From Oopsacas minuta (lineage: Eukaryota; Animalia; Porifera): a DNA stretch of 64,000 nucleotides. The notes below the pieces were generated by a model. The model searched no databases, was not told the origin of the DNA, and saw nothing but the letters and a program-made list of their open reading frames with translations. Numbering within the stretch: the stretch's first letter is position 1; each line of letters begins with the position of its first letter. The DNA is taken from contig JAKMXF010000330.1 of assembly GCA_024704765.1 (NCBI GenBank), forward strand, positions 1 through 64,000, read 5' to 3'. Both the position numbers and the translations under genes were made by a program. This document shows positions 36,701 through 49,200 of the stretch, piece by piece.

Positions 36701-39700
36701 GAAACATGACGAGTACATAGTATAATGAGAAGGACTATATTATCTCTAATATTAATTATTACCAATAAAGATAGGAATACAAATAGTATTATATTCCCTT
36801 AAAGAGAGATTATACGACGATATTTACACACGGTTAGCTAGTAGATTGTTGACATAGAACAGATGTGGATAATATGAGCAATAACTACGGGGAATTCATT
36901 TGGGAGAAAAGAATCCATAAGAAGAAGAATTTTAGTTTTATTCTTAGAAATTAATAAATTGATATGAGACTAGTGTGATCTTACGGGGATTTATAGGTAT
37001 TTGCTTGCATAGAATTAATCACACTTTGTAAATTGGATAAGGCAGAAAATAGGCAACAACTGAAAAAGAATAATAATAATAATATACTAGATTGATTAGT
37101 GATAATTATGGTAGATCGTGACGGGTGGATTTATTTTCAGGAATTTTACTCGTATTCGTGCAAACTTCTCCTCTCAGATGGGATAAAGGTAATTTTGAAG
37201 ACCTTACACCATCATGAATTTACTCGCACGATAGTTGAACCCCTCTGAGGTGTGGTTCGGATATTAGTGTGGTTCTTCACTCTTGAGGAATAGCTTACAC
37301 GAATATGATGAAATTTTTGTGAGAAGTAATCCATAACAACACCTATGAATATCGTATTTACTCGAAAAGTAGTCCTTACAAGATTAGTTGCCAACCTAAA
37401 TTATCACACCCCTGATTGCTATGTAAATTAATAGCATCTATACTGAATAATCCCTCTCTGAATAGTTATTAATCTAGTTACATAGGATAATACCCCTCGG
37501 CAAGTACACGGATACACCTATGTCTACAGTAATTACCGTATTTCATAGAATAGTATTTCCCTCTGAAGGTGACAAAAGTAAAAATCGTCCAGTGACTATT
37601 CGAATAAATACGATATAATTCATGAATAGTTCCGTCGTAATTCAATCTCATCCAATTAGTTTCTCGCTGAAATTTCACTTTATTGAAGTCACATATTAAT
37701 CTACAATACTTAGGGATGTGTATACTACAGTATGTTAATAATACGATGCATACCATTACTGGAAGAGTAGTGAATTGAAGTAGAACTGGCAGAGATCAGG
37801 TCAAGAGAAATATTGTCATCTTCCTCACTACTTCGCACTTCCAAAATAAGATAAATTAAATCCTCAATTATCACCTTGTACAGATTATCCATAGTAGCTC
37901 TATGCAAGGCAAGTCTTGCAGCTGAATCAAACACATTATTAGATAACCTTCTTGCATCAAATGGTGAGAAGGAATGTCGCTCTAGGACTGTTACTAACTT
38001 GTTCATATACAAACAGCCAAGCGACTTAGCCCACACAGTCTGAGAAATGCTATGAAATGTGAGTATATTACAGTCATTAATTTCTGACTTATCAACTAAA
38101 TAATTTGTCGGTGAAAATGGAGCTGACAAGAGTAAATTGGGTAGTTCTGGATTAGGGATTGAAGGAATACAAATTTTGCATTGGAAATACGTTTCAAAAT
38201 GTGTTGGGTTAATGAATTCACTCACAGAATTTTTTATCAATATACAATTAAGTTCATCCACAACAGCACTAGCCAGTTGAGATCTCAAAGAGGAGGGGAT
38301 CTGTTCATAAAGAGAGCAGGGTAGGTCCATGAGGAGACGTGGAAAATCAAATGGAAGATAACATGAGAGTTTATGTATTAAATCAGCATAACTATCTCGT
38401 ATTTCATTCTCGAATGATAACAAGAATTTCTCATTACTCGTGTAAGATAGATAAGTTGATATTATCAGGTCGTATAGAGGCGGAATAACTTTATTCCTGA
38501 CAATAGGCTTAGAACGAGTGAGGGAATGAAGTGAATAAATAGATATATACTCAAAGATAGATTCTCTCAGCAGTACTCTCAGCCTAGTTGAGGGTTGGAA
38601 AGAGGTCGGAGTACAACTCGTTAGCATTCAGGCGTATTAATAAGTGCGTATTGGAAAGGGATTCGAAGTAAATTATTCAATTTGATACGCATATCCTCAA
38701 ATTTAGTTTATATAAGTTAGAAATGCATCATATGGAAAGCTTACTGAACCATACCAGCTATTAGAGACTTCCTATGCGTCGTGCTCGGAGCATATAACTG
38801 AAAAGCACTGTAAATCTCAGCAAGTTCGTATATTAATTAAGGAAATATTATTTATTACAATTAAATAAGAACAAACTGCTAGAAGTACTCGACACACGTA
38901 TAAATTAATAACCATTCTTCTAATAACCAATTCTATATTTATGGAAACATCAACAAATAGCAACCATTAGTACTGAAATATTGAGTGATCTATTATACTA
39001 TGGTAGTTATCATATTGTGGTCTGCGGTAACTAAAGAGACTATCCGAAAGATTCACGACTGAAAAGCAATAATTACCACACAGAAGGGTCATTCAGAATG
39101 TTTGCAAAATATTGGACTGACGAAGGAAATCATCAGGATCTGGAATAATACAACAGAATTAATTATATTAGTGTAGCAATTATTTTGACTTTTTAATTAA
39201 TGAGGTCATAAAAATTAATGAAATTATAAATGAATTAAATTCACACAATTTTGCCTCAAACACGTTAACAAAGTGTAAGTACTGTTAATCCTATAATAAA
39301 GTATATTAGCTTAAAGCTTTCATCTCAAATAAATTATGGAGAAAAACAAGCATGGAAAACATATTTGAATACATAAAAACACACACTGTGTATATTTAAG
39401 CATAACGACCGAATAATACAATGCTTAACGAAATTAGAAAACCATTCCAGAACTGAATCAGGAATCAATATTTATGACAGAACTGATACAAAATCTGAAT
39501 AAATTCATTAATAACGCATGGATTAATAACCATAAAATTCCAGAATTTGTATAATTCCTAACGAGCGAAATATTACAAAATTTAGGATAAAATATGGAGC
39601 AATGGTCTGAGGTACTTATAATCAATATAACCGCTTCGCGACTATAGAAGCTAAGATCTTTCAACAGCCGCGAAGGGATTACATTCTGACACTGCATGCC

Positions 39701-42700
39701 TCAATTAAAAATAAATTCTCTTTTTAGTGCAGCTCCTATAGAGGAGATGCCCTAATGGTATGGGGGATGTACGACGTCCGTACGTCAGTCCCCGCGGCAG
39801 TGCGAAATATAGCAGTCTGATTTACATGAAAACTGGTACACTTATACATTTGCATTTCGGGTTGGAGATTGGCACCTCGAGTATGACTTTTTTCCAATGT
39901 GAAATTTCACACCTTTTTGGATATGCATCACATTTTCACAACATACTATGTAAAATTCAAAAGCATGCTAGAGATTAGGTTTCAATATGTCAGGGGTAAT
40001 CGGGTGCGTAAAGTCCGATTTTGAGATTTTGAGAGGCTGAAAGTTACAAATTAACAAATTTATCATATAATCACCCGAACAGGTCAGAAATGCCCTGCAA
40101 AACAGAAATTAGGCTTCGGTCATCTAGTATCTTCAATCAATCTGGACATACATACGCAAACGTAATTATGTATACACATAATGATATAGAATTCCTCCGG
40201 AAAATACTTATCCAGTAGTCATTATCACCGATGATAAACTTCAATAGGATGACTTTTCCTATTGTAGATCCCATCGATAGGATCTAACGAGGTAAGATCC
40301 TAAAATTCGGGTGCTACTGTATTCTAGTGTAAAAGATTGGGCCGATAGAGGACCTTACCAGACCCTAGACAGTAAAAATGTTAAATTACCATATTCGATT
40401 GGAGCGCGCTCCTATTTACAAATTACAGATTTCATCGTTATTCTGTATAAAATTCAGTATTCATTGGTATAAAAAGTGGATGCTGGGACACTTTTGTATA
40501 ATTCACAAATTATTGAAATGGTTTGATCTTGTAAATTTAGTAATTTCCTGAATGTACAATGGTTAAATTCAATCCTAAATAATTAAAATACAAATAAAAT
40601 GAAAAGGAGCGCGATTAGTGCGCGCTCCTTTTTCGGGGCGGTAGAGTGGGCTTCAGAAATGATGAGTGCTTAATGCTCTGGTGTATAGTGATCGTGACCT
40701 ACCTTCCAAAAACAATTCTGATATGATATAATTCAATCAATAGAGATTGCATAGCAGAATTAGAAGTAACGAAAAGTATTGCAGCCTATATTATGAAATT
40801 ATTTTGTATTTTACAGCCCACCTGCGAAATACTCAAGTAACTCAACGCTGATCTGATCAACCATTTTACAAGAATAATATTCAAACTAGATAACTGTTTC
40901 TAAGCTAATAAGCATCACTCAGTTTCATACTGGTGTAATACATACTAATTTATGGTATCTATATTTGAAGTTATACAAAAAGATTTTAGCTATCTAACTA
41001 AAGAATTATAGATATTAGGAATAGTTAAAATCACCTAATTAATGAATCTAACAGAGTATTCAGTGAAGTGAAATGGTCGCAGAGAGCATGTGACTCAGTC
41101 GGTTACCATACATAATTATATATAATATGGGGTGTATGCAGTACCGGATTTAGGAGTGTTCGGAGTGTGTGGCCGAACAGGGCTCCCACATTTAGGGCCC
41201 CCCCACAACTCAACGTCATTAATTTTATACTAGAAACATTTGACTTCTCTGGCCTTATTAATGATTCTGCGGCCAGAAAAGCACGCAGAGTGATCTTATA
41301 GAGTAATTATAGTTATTGTATATTCATGATATATTTTGTGCAACTAAATAATTAGAGGTCATGACAAGTCCTGCCATGCTGCCACTGGGCGAAATAGGTC
41401 TTCGGCCAGGGTGGTACTACTTTTGGGTTGAATTTACATATGCATAATTTGAATACAATAAACACAAGCATTCTAAATTGAGGAATGGGGACAGGTGGGC
41501 GAACCGTGACGGCTTTGAATTGGCTTCAGGGGTCCCGGGAATTGCCCTCGAACAGGGCCCCCACATACCTAAATCCGGCACTGGGTGTATGGATATATAT
41601 TCTATACAAGTGTTCGACAAATTCAAATTTACTTGGTGGCTAACCTAAGCCACCAAAATATTAATTTGGTGGCCCAAGTCGAAAATTTTTACCCAAAATG
41701 CAAGGAATAAGAGCACTGTTCTAAACCCACGCACCCCAAGAATCAGCCAATTGCTGGTTTGACAGGCAATTGCACCAATAACTTTGCGATAAGTTCGAAT
41801 TTTACTACAGAGCTCTCAACCTGCCACTTTCAAAATAGTGAGACGAGAGAGTTGAGAGCCCTGAACCTTACAAATTAAACTAATTATCAGCTCAATTTCA
41901 TCGATACATTATCATTAATCGTCTATATTTCATGGCAGTAGCCTTGGGCCAGCCATAGCCACTATCATAAAAATGTTAATTTCATTTCATAAGCTTGCTA
42001 CGATCCTGTATTTCACAATACAGGATCGTAAAAGAATGTGACAGCTGCCTTCAAGAGTGTCTTCTAAAATCTTACGCTGTACTCAATAGGTGCCAATTTG
42101 ACTACATTGAAAAGAATAGTTCTCATAATGCAAAATCAGCCAAAGAAAATTGTGGGTGTCAACAGCTTCAATCTTGGAGCTGAAATGCTCCGTAATCAAC
42201 TTAACCCACATACCTACTGATACTGAATTTACATGGCAGAAATACTAGAATAGTCGTATGCTAATACAGCTGTAAAATAGCTAAGTTTGTGAGAAAAGAT
42301 CTGCTCATGGAACAGTAAGACATGATTGAACAGAACAACAATATGCTCAGGAGGGATAAAATCAGTTGATAGATCAATTGCATGGTTATAGAAAAGGGGA
42401 AATGATGGAAATGCTAGTGAGTTAAGATATAACGACGAGTAAGTGAAACGCTTTCTACTGTAGATATACTTAGATATGTTGAGGTCGTCCGCGGGCCTAG
42501 TAAGTATGTGATATGCAGCTGTTGATTTGGGATAAAGATTCTAGATTATGTGATATGCTGATATTATTGCAACCTGGATAGTTCGCTGGTTGGACCAACC
42601 AAATGCTAGACAGCTGGTTACTTGGGGTGTATGCGAATGTCATAATAACTAATGATATACGAATTTAACAAATTGTAAAATGCACATAATCACTTGATAG

Positions 42701-43065
42701 CAGTTACTGGAAGTGCATTGAATGGGTATTCGTTATGTGATTATTGTCCTGTTAGCTAGTTTGACTAACGAAGACCTGAGAATCACATACAAAGCTGTAT
42801 TCATTCGTTAATGGCAATATTTGTGTGATAGCAAATATATGGTGAAATTAATAGAAGTCATGAACAACTTAGCCAAATATATATACTCACCATTTCCGGT
42901 TAAATGAACTGGCTTCCTAGGAAGAGGCTGAAGTCGCTTAGAATGTCCTAGATTCGTTTGTGAGACTAAATCGTTGATAGGTTTAGATATAGTAGTAGTA
43001 GTAGTACTGTTTGGTAAGTTATCACTATTTTCGTTCTGCTTCTCAACACTCTGATTCTGGCCCAT
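27779..43065 (-). CDS. ABL1: ABL non-receptor tyrosine kinase, about 808 aa; exons 42891-43065, 35277-35491, 33675-34274, 31104-31366, 29933-30126, 29538-29690, 28947-29036, 27779-28515
   Basis: MGQNQS start resembling Abl-1b; SH3 (LVLHEFN...GWFPFNYV); SH2 ([30 protein letters not shown]); kinase ([41 protein letters not shown]); Pro-rich tail. All junctions GT-AG and phase-consistent; exon 1 linkage is inferred. Confidence 0.92.
30540..30678. repeat. CCGAATA-rich MITE end (second copy 49938-50118)
   Basis: Shared aatatcagtattcatgaatag...ccgaatact...tattgaa...ccttg in both copies; preceded by a solitary Tc1-like end gcctggccaaaagtattagaacacc near 30511. Confidence 0.6.
31798..32256 (+). CDS. 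FUOM: Fucose mutarotase (RbsD/FucU family), intronless, nested antisense in ABL intron 3
   Basis: [26 protein letters not shown] and [33 protein letters not shown]. Confidence 0.95.
   Translation: MPLKLIPRVLSPELIYVLARMGHGDTIVFGDANFPSTSVSKAGPEIVRADGMDIPTLLKATLKLFPLDTYVAAPVGLMQIVPGDIEKGLKTPVWDDYRKIVKEAEGVEVNFEKIERFDFYKRAKNAFAIVATGEQALYGNIILTKGAIPPDA
33352..33391 (+). repeat. (GGGGGTAA)5 tandem repeat
   Basis: Five exact 8-bp units. Confidence 0.95.
37725..38627 (-). CDS. Orphan 300-aa ORF in ABL intron 1, same strand (independent gene or alternative ABL first exon)
   Basis: 903-bp ORF in AT-rich intron DNA with protein-like composition; no recognisable domain; phase-1 donor AATG|gtatgc at 37754/37753. 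Confidence 0.7.
   Translation of the reverse strand: MLTSCTPTSFQPSTRLRVLLRESIFEYISIYSLHSLTRSKPIVRNKVIPPLYDLIISTYLSYTSNEKFLLSFENEIRDSYADLIHKLSCYLPFDFPRLLMDLPCSLYEQIPSSLRSQLASAVVDELNCILIKNSVSEFINPTHFETYFQCKICIPSIPNPELPNLLLSAPFSPTNYLVDKSEINDCNILTFHSISQTVWAKSLGCLYMNKLVTVLERHSFSPFDARRLSNNVFDSAARLALHRATMDNLYKVIIEDLIYLILEVRSSEEDDNISLDLISASSTSIHYSSSNGMHRIINIL
39721..40417 (+). mobile_element. Non-autonomous element with T-rich start and 3' hairpin (Helentron-derived-like, tentative)
   Basis: Starts tttttagtgcagctcctatagaggag; putative end ggagcgcgctcc hairpin + tattt; 5' part has a second copy at 26948-27055. Confidence 0.45.
41139..41583. mobile_element. hAT-type MITE with 8-bp TSD
   Basis: TIR cagtaccggatttagg / cctaaatccggcactg; TSD ggtgtatg at 41131-41138 and 41584-41591. 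Confidence 0.92.
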
Positions 43066-43132
43066 TGATAATATTCTACCCTTACATTGGTAAAACAACC
43101 TATTTATACATAGGTATATATGTATAATTCAA

Positions 43133-45647
43133 TTAAAGATTGAAATCATATGAATCACGAATAATATGATTCGTGACAATTCTTAAAACTAATAAATTAC
43201 TTCCCAGCATATTTGTTATAGAAGCCTGCTGCTGGGGAGGAAGAACTTGGATCGTCACTAAAGATATGCACAACAAATATACAAATATTGTGTCTTGCAA
43301 GAAACGTATTTCTAGAATAGATAACAATTCGTTATAAATGAAATTTAATCCTGTAAATGATACAAATAAAGATATAGTATGGACACGTCTGAGGTAGTAT
43401 GCCTATAAAATCAACAAACAAAAGGAGATCCTTGCTAAATGAATAAATTCTAGTATCACTTAAGCGTCCAGCTGGTGGTCGATAAATATGTAAGAAAGGA
43501 TTAGATATAGCAAATATTTGCTCAGTTGTCAAACTATAAACTAGAAATAGAATTGTGAATAATATAATCTCATGGATCCATTGTATTAGTTCGTACTAGC
43601 ATCAGAGCTCGACTCTGCGATCCGGGACATCGGTTAATGAGAACAATCACTAAATTGTGGAAAGAATCCACCAGCAAGGATTAATACCCTGCTTGTAGAG
43701 ATAAAACAATATATTTCGGTTAGTCAGGCACTCTGCTTATTGGAACATATTTCAGGGAATCAAACATAATCCAAATAATCAAGCAGAATCAAATGCATTT
43801 AAATCCTTTCTACAATGAGAAAATATGATATTGAATTGACAACTGACAGTAGTAAAAATGGAGAAGATAAAGTAGTCATTATATCTTCATTATGCGTATA
43901 TCAATTATTGTGAAATTCTGGCGTGTGCAATGATTTGACTAAATTTATGGAAAGACGAGTAAGGATGTTAAAGAAGCCCAGGATTTACAAGAGGAAATTC
44001 ACTATGGACAAGAAGCAGAGTTGAAATACTGAGGATTAACAAAACCATACATTTAGTACTACAAATAGACATAGATATCCATCTGTAGTGATGAATAATC
44101 ATATAATTATGATTATATCACACAGCCATCAAGGAATACTTAGATCATCGGATAATTGTGACTTTGTGCAATAGTGTATTTAAATTTCATAGATAAAAAT
44201 TGTACTAGCAAAAGCTGAATATACAGAAGGGAAGATGCATTGATTAATGATAGAGATAAGTATAATATTAGGAAGAAATTCAGCATTAATTGAGTGTAAA
44301 TGAAGCACAATAGAGAGGAACGTCAAAGGAAATCAAAAGGAAAAAGAATGTACTGGTAAGTCGTGAGGTATTTCCGTCCAGTGATCTTGCAATTTATCCA
44401 GGCGTCCAGGCCGGGATTGACCTAAATTCACCAAAAATGTCCAGAGATCCACTATCGCGTTTCAAAAGATCATAAAACAACAATGAATAATTATATTGAA
44501 ACAATTCTACGTTCTAGTTCGTAAATTACTATATTTTTATGATTCCAGGGATTCTCTGGCCAAGCAATTTTATACGTAGACAGGTGTACGTACCTAAATA
44601 TATTTTGTTGATTACATTGCGAGCGAAATTGTTGATAATTCACATACAAAAAATATATTTTCTGGTATTTTCTGGTTCAGAAGTCCAAGAGGAAATTTGG
44701 GCTCGGTCCAGGGATTGATGTGACAAAGGTGCCACTTGGGAAGTATGAATTCAACAATCTTAAGTTTGTTAGTTTCACCCGTGACTTAGGTTGGTTATAA
44801 GCAGAAGTGTAGCCAGGGTGCGGCATAGGCGGCACATGTCGCATCTAATTTGCGTGTGCCGACCAAAATTTTATGCAGAAATGTATTACATGTGCGGCAA
44901 TGCTACACCTATGCCACACCCTTTGAGGGCCCTAGCTACGCCTCTGGTTATAAGTCATGTGGAGCTATAGACAGAAGCTTAATATTTATTATCTTACTCA
45001 ATTCGGAATAATTCTAGTTTCAGAAATATAATCTCGAGGTATTTGCAAACAATATTACCTGTAGTAATATTGTTAAGAAAATAAGAATGTCTAACAAAAA
45101 ATATGGGAAATCCTCGATATGTATTGCATTAGCTAGCATTAGTCAGAGGAAAGTGGGTTTTACTATAATTGAAAACAAATAAGTGTTACAGACTTTCTGT
45201 AAAACTTTATCCAAATTAAATTCTCAAAAGATGTCCCAAAATAAATTCTCACAATAAAAGACCCTAATTAAATATGCTAATATTTGTCAACACTATAATA
45301 GCTATATTTCTTAAGATGGCTTCGTGGTAGGTTAACAGTGCAGAGTAATCCTGAGTAATAGCATTTTTGGCCACAATTTCTTCTATGCCAATTTGATATG
45401 ACAAATCTGCCGAAAGAATATATTGATTTGATATTTCATAATTTATTGTGAAATAAATATCACTTAAAATTATCCAACGGGAAAAATCGGAAATGAAAAG
45501 TTGGTAAGAATCAAATTGCTTCTTTATGAATGAAATGCTAGGAAGAAAAAGATTCCAAATAATTATACTTATCAATACACATGATACGACAAAATATATT
45601 AATGTTTTAATATAATATTTGCACCGTAGACTATCATTCAAAAACAA
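43133..45647 (-). pseudogene. Decayed multi-pass membrane protein gene, TMC (transmembrane channel-like) resemblance
   Basis: Ordered hydrophobic fragments: DYSALLTYHEAI, FL*LMLANAI, TPEFH, NILFYLYKQG-VLILAGGFFP, HIYRPP, ICIIYRIK; many stops and frameshifts; a MITE is inserted. Confidence 0.45.
44802..44946. mobile_element. 145-bp hAT-type MITE with 8-bp TSD
   Basis: Imperfect TIR cagaagtgtagc / gctacgcctctg; TSD gttataag at 44794-44801 and 44947-44954. Confidence 0.85.
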
Positions 45648-46245
45648 ATTTTACGCTATTGAGTTAGCTGGGGTACATGTAGTAACATAAAGCATCTACA
45701 GTCTACTCACTAGGAACATCAAGGGGCCGCCGAAATTCGTATTAGGCGGATACTACTGAAAGAAATTGATGGGGAATCAAATTTTGTAAGTTTCCGAATA
45801 CGTATTGCCAGCCTATAAATGAAGTAGAGTGGAATCTGCATACAGCGACATTCGTGGGACATGAAAATTGTGTTGGTTTAACAATGGTCGGATTATATAC
45901 AGGTGAATTTTTATTGTCGGAAGCTATTTCAGATCAGAAACACTGTCGGATTATACAGGCTCCAATGTAATAATTCCGGTAGAATAAAACAACATAATCA
46001 GTATATTGGAATACTCACCCACAGTATGAATTGCATAAATCTTATCTATCATTATACACATACTATTCTACAGTAATAGATAACACATGTGGGTGTGCGA
46101 TCCGTGTTTCAACCCAATTGATCTAGAAATGACAAGTTGACAGTAGTTACAGATAAATGTCAAGACTTGCATGATGCCAATACATATTTAAATAAGTAAT
46201 GAGCCCACTAAAGAATTTGCTAGTTGTAGGGTTAAGGTTTTATCT

Positions 46246-49200
46246 CTATTGAACTTGTTTGTCGCATTCTGGCGGCTTTTCTGCCCCTTCTCCTGATGCG
46301 TTTTTACTGTTATCATTACCGTTGTCACTATCACTGTAATGATTGAAATGAATATGTTTATTTGCTTTGTTAAATTCCTCATCAGCTGATATACTGGTAT
46401 CAACGGAGGAATCATCTATCTGACTAGATTCACCGGATTGTAGAATCTCCCCAGTGAAATAGAGGACAGCTTTTGGTATAACTCTCTCCTTCAACATTTC
46501 TGCGAGAGTGAAGTCCAGTTCTATAGCTGCTCCCTGCTCGTCATCCAGTAGTGACAGATCGTCAGGAATGTTGGGAGGAGAGAAAAAATTGAAAAACGAC
46601 TCTTGGGGAACCAGCTTATTGATCACCTTAAAGAATTCAAAACAATAATACAATATAGCAAGAAATTATGTTCAAATTTTTGCTGTTTATTTGGTTGTAA
46701 TGTGAATTAAATAAACATAATACACTGCTCTAGTAAGCTATACAGTTTGTAATCAACAGATTACCACCCCTAACACTAGGTGTATAGGGATAATTGTACT
46801 AATATTCTGTTAATAGAAAGACACGTGTATTTAGTTCCTGGAATAGAAGGAATGAAGTAGCCGCAAATAAATAATGTAATCATTCTATGAATGATAATAG
46901 CTCGTAGGAACTAATATATGTCTAACGTTAGCTAACCTTGCTCTGTCCACGTCCTTTTGACCTTTGTTTCTTCTTTTTAAGCTTTTTTGTGAGGTTCTTA
47001 CCTTTCTGCCAGTGAATTTCACAACCGTTACAATTTACTATTTCAGGCCCGTTAAACTGGAAAGGATCATTAGGATCTACATCACACTTCACTGTATACC
47101 ATTTAGTCAATACATGGTCACTAAAGAATGAATTCGGACTGAAGTAAAACTCTATAATATAATTCAGGCCTTCTGAGTCTGGAAATACTATCTTGATGTC
47201 TTCAAGATGTTTGAGTGCCGGATAATCCCACTCGTATATCTGATCGTCTAGAATCTCTACATTACGAAGTGTTGTGAGCCAAAACTCAGGAATACCGGAA
47301 GCAGTTGGTTCATCATCAGCTATTTTAACCTTCGTGGTTAGATCACATATCTCTTGTTCCATCTTGTCCTCTTTCCCCTCGGTAGCTCCTGTCCCCTGCT
47401 CTGCCTCGGGCGAGCTGTCCTGCTCGGTCCATATCTAGAAAACAATAATCCTAAAGAGTAGTGATAGGATCAGGGTATATGGACATGATGAAATATCAGC
47501 ATACTAAGGTTTACTAAATAATAAAACACAGATAATTAAATTATCAGATAAAGAGCAGAACTCTATTATATGTACTTTTCGAACCCAATAGATGGTTCCC
47601 ATTCACTTTAACACAATATCTAATCTGATAAGAGGTACGCTCGGATAGTAAGTAGAAATTATTGTTTCCCGAAGGGGCCTAAGGCACTTCCATTCGAGTT
47701 CTAATGTAATCGATCCTGAAATCGAAGATAATTAAAAGTCTACTGAATAAATAATTTTGTTATTACTTATTACTAATTTAGCAATTGATGAATTCATGCC
47801 AAACTGTAAGCATATTGTCCATTCTTCTTGTTGTTAATGAAATAAACGCACGAGGAGCTATAATGGAAAATAAAGCTATTTCATATTGCATCACTTATTT
47901 CTTACAATTGCCAATAGGAATTAATTACTCAAGGAACATAGAGTATTCATTTTGTTAACGCAATTGTGCTAACAGAATTCCCAACTCCTAAATTATCAAC
48001 TGATAAAACTCGATAGATCTTAATAGATTAGCAATAACATTAACTATCAGGGCAAATTATACATTTGTACTAGCATTTCTATAGGGAATTATCCCAAAAA
48101 TACATATACTTAGTTTCAAAGTATAATATTACAAAATATATCATTATATGAAGACTATGTAAATGATATAATTTAAGTATATTTATTTGGAATTATATTA
48201 TTAAGAAGGTAAAAATAATGAATTAATTATCAATGAATGGTTAATGGAGAATGAATAACAAGGGATTATACTTATGTAATATAATTTTATAATACAAGTA
48301 ATTGTACTATACATAATACTTAAAAGAATATTAATAATACTTTTGGATGTTTACATAATTTTTAATTGTAAATAGGAAATGTTTATCTGTGATTCTCTGA
48401 ATATTTATTCGGTAAAAATATAAATGAATAGATCCCTCGTTTAACCATTTAAACATGAGCTAATATGCTAACATGAGTAATATCCTAGCATAAATATAGC
48501 ATAACAAATAAATATAGAATAAGATTACATATGTCGAATTGTTGATCAGTATATAATAAGCTGTGTTCGAGAAGAGAAAAAGTGAAATAAATCATTAGGA
48601 TAAATACAAGAGATATTCACTGAATAATTGTACTAAAAGAGATGATGAATTGTAACTACATCCCACCCTCTCCCGTTCCCTTCCCTCACTGGACACCGGC
48701 ATGCAGCTGGTCAGAATATCTAGGTTATCCTTCTCCAAGTCCCTCTTTCTATGGAGAATTTAACAAATATCCAGAACAAGGTAGTTGCCAATCACATTTA
48801 TTCACATGTATTGTTAAAAGTAAGATACCTATTAGTCAAATACTAATAGTTAAGATTTGCTAAATATAATGAACATGATCTTCTCATAGGATATCGCCAA
48901 ACCTACTTCCCATCTCCACCTCAAGTTGTTGACAACAGAGAACAGCTGATTATCCCTCAAGAAATGCATGAATACGATAACAGTGGTTACGAATTTGCTA
49001 GAGCACTGAGTAGTTCTCCATTACTTCAGACACCACCAGTCATGCAATTAAATAGTCAGGAGAAGTTACATAGAAGGAGTGTATCGTCAGGATGTGGGAG
49101 ACGGAACATGGGAGAATTATTACACAAAGGTTATAGCTTTGACAAAACCAAATACTTACTTCTATTTACATACGCACAGCTACAAGATTCGAGTGATGAC

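Noticed and set aside
37212-37756. ORFs 37478-37756 and 37212-37394 as further exons of the orphan
   Set aside because: Available acceptors are not phase-compatible with the 37754 donor; no recognisable domain.
40602-40632. Rho-independent terminator
   Set aside because: Eukaryotic intron context; more simply a repeat-derived hairpin.
43133-45647. TGA recoding or mitochondrial insertion to explain the in-frame stops
   Set aside because: TAA/TAG stops and frameshifts also occur, neighbouring genes such as FUOM end in TGA, and no mitochondrial protein motif was recognised.
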